Shown piece by piece: positions 58,989 through 64,000 of a stretch of DNA of 64,000 bases. Position 1 is the stretch's first letter; each line of letters begins with the position of its first letter. The notes under the pieces are model-generated. The model saw nothing but the letters and a program-made list of their open reading frames with translations. It was not told the DNA's origin and made no database searches. The position numbers and the translations under genes are program-made. The DNA is from Squalus acanthias (Eukaryota): assembly GCA_030390025.1 (NCBI GenBank), contig CM059432.1, positions 120,964,001 to 121,028,000 of the forward strand, written 5' to 3'.

Positions 58989-61900
58989 TTCATTGCAGTA
59001 TTGAGGGAGTGCTGCATGGTCTGAGGTGACATCCTTTGAGTGAGCCTTTAAACCTAATCCCTGTCTTCCTGTTCTTGTTGCTGTTACAGATCCCATTTCT
59101 CTCTCACTCAAAGAAGAGCAAAGAGCTCTCCCAGCCACCTGGTCATTCAACTCATTTCAGTTTGTAAACCAAAGCCCACCTGCCTATTCGCATAAAGATC
59201 CCATTGTTCACTATTTGAATAGAAGCGAGATCTCCCCGTATTCTGGTAAGTAATCACGTCGTTGTTTGTGGGATCTTTCTGTGCACAAAGTAACAGCAGC
59301 ATGTGGCTAAATGACAACAATCAGTCTGCTTCAAAGTAAACAGGTAAACATTCAAGCTGCTTACCAAATTTATAATTAAGGCTTAGGTCTCTACAGCCAC
59401 TAGGTACCCTAATGGGATATGATTTTTCTAATCCTATTTAAATCCCATTTCTGACTGTGATTACAGCACTTTTTTAATTGAACTGAGAGATAATATTCTC
59501 ACAAGGAAATGAAGAATAGTCAGAAATGCAGAGTGTTGATTTTGCAAAATGTATATGCACCAGATGCATGATTAACCCTTCGGCTGAATAAACAGACGCT
59601 CCATAAGGTTAAGGCAATGAATGCGGTATGTTAGGTTTTATGGGTTAAGACTTTCTCATTGACTTGCGTTACAATACATCAGCAGAGTAACTAGAGCAAA
59701 ACCATCAGCCTCCATACCCCACATTTGTGTTATAGACTAGTTTTTATCAAGACAATTACATCTGAAGGGCTACTGTCTTCATAAAAAGTCTCTTGAGCCT
59801 ATTTTATGTATGCAACGGGAGAAGTGTCATTCAGCCTTTTCAACATGACACACACTAATGTGACTCAATTTATGTCAAGTAAGGTTCATTTGTTTGTAAA
59901 CAAATGGGAGAATGTTCGTCAAACACCATGTCCCTTTAAACAGATGGTCAAAGTCATTTTAAATTGTGTAGTGAGATTTGTATTGGCAGGTGCTTTAATT
60001 AAATTTGAGTGGATTTGGGTTGTGCTTTATAAGGTATGCAAATTTATTTTAAAGTATGGATATTTTGTTGCTATTTCCAAAACCAAGAGGTGAGGGTTGG
60101 GGCGGGGGGTTTGCATCACAATGTGAATGTGCTAATTAAAGTGTCTAGTCAAGCTGGCTCACTTAAAAATACTGCTGAGAGCAGGAAATATCTTGAGGAA
60201 ATGGAAGAAAGAGAGATGCTGATAATGATGCCGTTTGCGAGAGAACTGACCGGGGCTGCGTCATTCATAAGACTCATCAATGTACAGGACTTTAATTGGT
60301 AAGAAGGAAATTACTGACGCGCTGCTAAATCTCACTTGCATCTTTCCAAAGAGCAGTAAACACACGTACTAAGATTTGTTGGCCGAGGGCTGTAGCTTTA
60401 GAGAGGCTTACAGATTCCGTGACCTCTGAACTGTATTATATCATTCCGACTAACCCTGCCAGGAAGTCTGCCCGTTTATCGTGCTGCAAGTGAATGATGA
60501 AGCCTGTTATGTCTCCTTCTTCATTTAATTGTGCAGTAGGTAATACATGTTTCAGAACCCATATGCAACATTTGCCTTATTATTCTGAGCTTCCATACTT
60601 CAAAACGCATTCTTATTCACTCCCTGCTTTGGCAGCTGGTAGTATGGTTTCCTAGGGTACTGTCCCTCAGGACTGTCTTTCAGGCTAGTTTGAATTTGTA
60701 ACTCCTATTATTTCTCACGGAGCTGCTCCAGGACCAACAGTGCACTCCCCTCACTGATAAACTAGAATGACCTAGTGGGGAAAGAGACATGATCTCACAT
60801 TTGTTTATTAAGTAAAATGTCAATCAGGATTCCTGTAAGTAATTTTTTTTTCTATAAAATGCACTAAAAGTACTCCCCGCCCCTCTAGCCATTTGATTTC
60901 CATTATTTTTAAACAAAATAATTGTTTTATTTTAAGGTAATATAAATAGGTATTTTATGTAACTAGTTATTTTTTTAATGAACTCCTATGTTAGAGTCAG
61001 CTTTAATGTTTCATACTTCTGCCTCAGATAGTTCCATTCAATTTTACTCCATTACTCAGTCCGCCTATAGTATGGAAAAGCCTAGCGTCAAAATCTGCTT
61101 ATGCTTTTCTGCCACTCTGATACTGCTCCCCAATCAAAAGATTTTATTTTATTATTACTGGTAGATCTACTGTGGTGTTGCTCACAGATGGTTTGGGACT
61201 TGAACCAGGGAGCGGAGCAGTTGAGTGCAAACTGCAACATGGGACCAAAGAGCAGACCAATTTGGCAAAGTGAGAGCAGGAGCAGAGATGGATTGGGGCA
61301 TGAGGCCTGAGTTGTATCTATCTGGCAAGTGGGAGCTGGAGAGGCTGGTGACAAATTCAAGTGGAGTTGTTTCTGAGGCAGAGACATTCCTGGAATCAAA
61401 GCTACTTCTCCAACTGAAGCCAGGACTGGAGGTATTCCTGGGCTGAGACTGGAAGCAGAGGTGTTCCTGAGATAAGGCCAGGAGCAGAGGCCACACTTTT
61501 GGGTTTTTACTCTAGACATTCAATGGCTCAGAGCACTCATCCAGATCGATCTTGCGCCTTATGGCCTTGAGTGTGCCTTTACCTGCCCAAAATCCAGGTA
61601 ATTTAAAAGCACGCCGAGGAATCAAAGGAAAACCCTTGATATTGGGTTAGAAATTCGGCTCTCCGGCTTCCTGCGGGTGCAAGCATTGCGCGCGTACTTA
61701 CCTACCGCGCCTGCCGTTGTGCTTCGGGCCCACGAGGAATTCGGGTCCTGGGCCTCCTGCAGCTGCCGGCGCGCAGTGCTTGCGTATCCCAGGGGCGCAG
61801 TTAGTTCGAAGCATCCCCTGGGATCACGTGGGCCATGGAGAGCCAATCGGAGCAGGGAATCTTCATTCATAGATTTGACAGGAAGACCTGTCCTTCCATG

Positions 61901-62134
61901 ATCCTCCTTGACTTGGGAAGGCAGGAGAATAAATATGTTACTAGACTGTGTCACAGGCTATAACTGCCAAACAGATATATTGAATAATAAATGGATAAGT
62001 GAATAATAGAAATGATAAACTAAAATTTTATATCAGTTATATGTTTCTAGAAAATAACAAACAGTCATGTTCACTGTGCTAAACTGCAATGCAAATAATA
62101 ACCTAAATGCTACTTTTTGCTGACTCTCATAATA

Positions 62135-64000
62135 AAGAGCGGAGGAGAGAGAGGGGCCCAAACTCACCGAGAGCAGCGGCGAGAGTGGACCTGGTCGGAG
62201 ACGGAGCAGAGCCAGGGGAATAAAGAGCAGAGGAGAGAGAAAAATAAAATCGAAGAGTGACATTACATGTCAGCAGGTAGGTGATTGGTTGGGGAGTATT
62301 ACAATTTTTTTTAGTCTCTAAGCTAGCTAAGAAACTGTAAATTGCTATAACTTTACTTTATTAAATTAGTAACCAAAACTAGATGAACCAATTAAGTAAT
62401 TAATCTAAAATAATTGATTAAAAAAAAATTAATTACTAATCAAATAAATACAGAAGGTTAGATAGATTTGGCAGGGCAGGTGGTGTGCCGTAACTGCAGC
62501 ATGTGGGAGTTTGTGGAGATCAGTGTGATCCCGAGCAACCACTTCTGAGGTAAGTGTCTGCAGCTCGAGGAACTTTGGCTCAGAGTTGTTGAGCTGGAGT
62601 ATGAGGTGCAGACATTGCGGGGCATCAGGGAGGGGGAGAGTTATCTGGACACTTTGTTCCAGGAGGCAGTCAACCCTTAGGTTAAGAAGTGCTTTAGAGT
62701 TCACCAATGATCAGGGACAGGAGGGTGTGACTGCGAGTCAGGAAGGTATGGGGACCCAGGATGTCGTGATGGAGGAGCCTCGGCCTTGACTTTGACCAAC
62801 TGGTATGAGATACTTGCTACTTGTGGGGATGAGAACAAGGACTGCAGGATGGATGAGCAAACTGATCATGGCACCATGGTGCAGGAAGCCATTCAAGTGG
62901 GGGGAGTGAAAACGAATGTGGTAGTGGTAGGGGACAGTATAGTCAGAGGGATAGATACTGTTCTCTGCAACCGCGACCGGGAGTTGTGTTGCCTGCCTAG
63001 TGCCAGGGTAAAGGATGTCTCCTCGTGGCTGGAGAAGAACTTGGAGTGGGAGGGGGAGGATCCAGTTGTCATGGTCCATGTAGGAACCAACAACATAGGT
63101 AGAACTAGGAATGAGGTTCTGCTGGGAGAGTTTGAGGAGCTAGGGTCGAAATTAAAACGCACAACCTCACAGGCAATAATCTCTGGATTGTTACCTGAGC
63201 CAAGTGCAAATTGGCATAGTGACAAAAAGATTAGAATGTTAAATGCGTGGCTCAAAGAGTGGTGTGGGAGGCGGGGGTTTCAATTCATTGGGCAATGGCA
63301 CCAGTACTGGGGAAAGAGAGATCTGTTCCGTGGGAACTGGCTCCACTGGCTGGGATCGGTGTCCTGGCGAATTGAATAACTAGGGCAGTAGATAGGGCTT
63401 TAAACTAATGAAGAGAGGGTGGAGGATTCAGGAAAGGGTAAACTCAAAAGCAGTAACATAAATGTCAAGGCTGTAGAGAAGAGTAGTGATCTGGGTAAAG
63501 ATAAGCAGAGTGGGTCAGGAAGGGACAGAAGGATTAATGGAGGTAATAGTGACTAAAGTGACATCAGGGAAAAATAGAAAATAGTTAAAGCTAAAGGTAC
63601 TATATCTGAATGCACGAAGCATTCGCAATAAAATAGATGAATTAATAGCAGAGTAAGAAATAATTGATTTTAATAGCCATTACAGAGACATGGTTGCAGA
63701 GTGACCAAGGTTGGGAAATAAATATTCCAGGATATTTGACTTTTAGAACAAACAGGCAGAATGGAAAAGGAGGAGGGGTAGCCCTGATAATAAAGGAGGG
63801 AATAAAGACAGTAGAGAGAAAGGATCTTGGCTCAGAAATACAAAATGTAGAATCAGTTTGGGTGGTGCTAAGAAACAACAAGGGGCGGAAAACATTAGTG
63901 GGAGTATTCTATAGGCCCCCTAACAGTAGTTGTCGTCTCAGGCAGAGTATAAATCAAGAAATTAGAGGCACATGTAACAAGGGTAATACAGTAATCATGG
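62135..64000 (+). mobile_element. CR1 LINE 5' part (5' UTR, decayed ORF1 at about 62468-63405, start of ORF2), running off the window
   Basis: CxxC..MWE zinc finger, GDSIVRG and VGTNN; YLNARSIRNK, ITETW and YRPP. Confidence 0.9.

Larger units (their letters stand above)
57545..59345 (+). mobile_element. Diverged DeuSINE split by a MITE (pieces about 57545-57597 and 58989-59345)
   Basis: CCACTCCCGGGACTTGAGC...CTGATACTTC | TTGCAGTATTGAGGGAGTGCTGCA...GAAGAGC, as in the other SINE copies. Confidence 0.65.

Noticed and set aside
60412..60483. Minus-strand segment with good splice signals (TTGCAG|...|GTAAGC)
   Set aside because: It has stop codons in all three frames, and there is no other support.

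Overview
Eukaryotic genomic DNA, most likely from a cartilaginous fish (inferred from the repeat repertoire). It is almost entirely nested transposable elements, and no host gene could be identified with confidence. From left to right: (1) An 8.4-kb Tx1-clade LINE (828-9187) splits the tRNA-derived head of a Deu-domain (SacSINE1-like) SINE, with a 17-bp target-site duplication (TSD). It carries two Harbinger-type MITEs, one of which holds a solo LTR. (2) A stack of CR1 LINEs with an RTE LINE and a MITE nested inside (11.6-26.9 kb), ending at a GA-rich satellite. (3) A head-to-tail tandem segmental duplication (about 29671-47260 and 47261-58745). Each copy carries a decayed two-gene PIF/Harbinger transposon (DDE transposase plus a spliced Myb/SANT gene). 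Comparing the copies gives filled/empty site pairs for a second, complete Harbinger (41005-46298, TTA TSD), a solo LTR, and an 82-bp hairpin insertion resembling a minimal Penelope element. (4) About 3 kb of apparently unique sequence, then a CR1 running off the right end. Family names come from motifs and recall, not database searches. Coordinates were read by eye and may be a few bases off.
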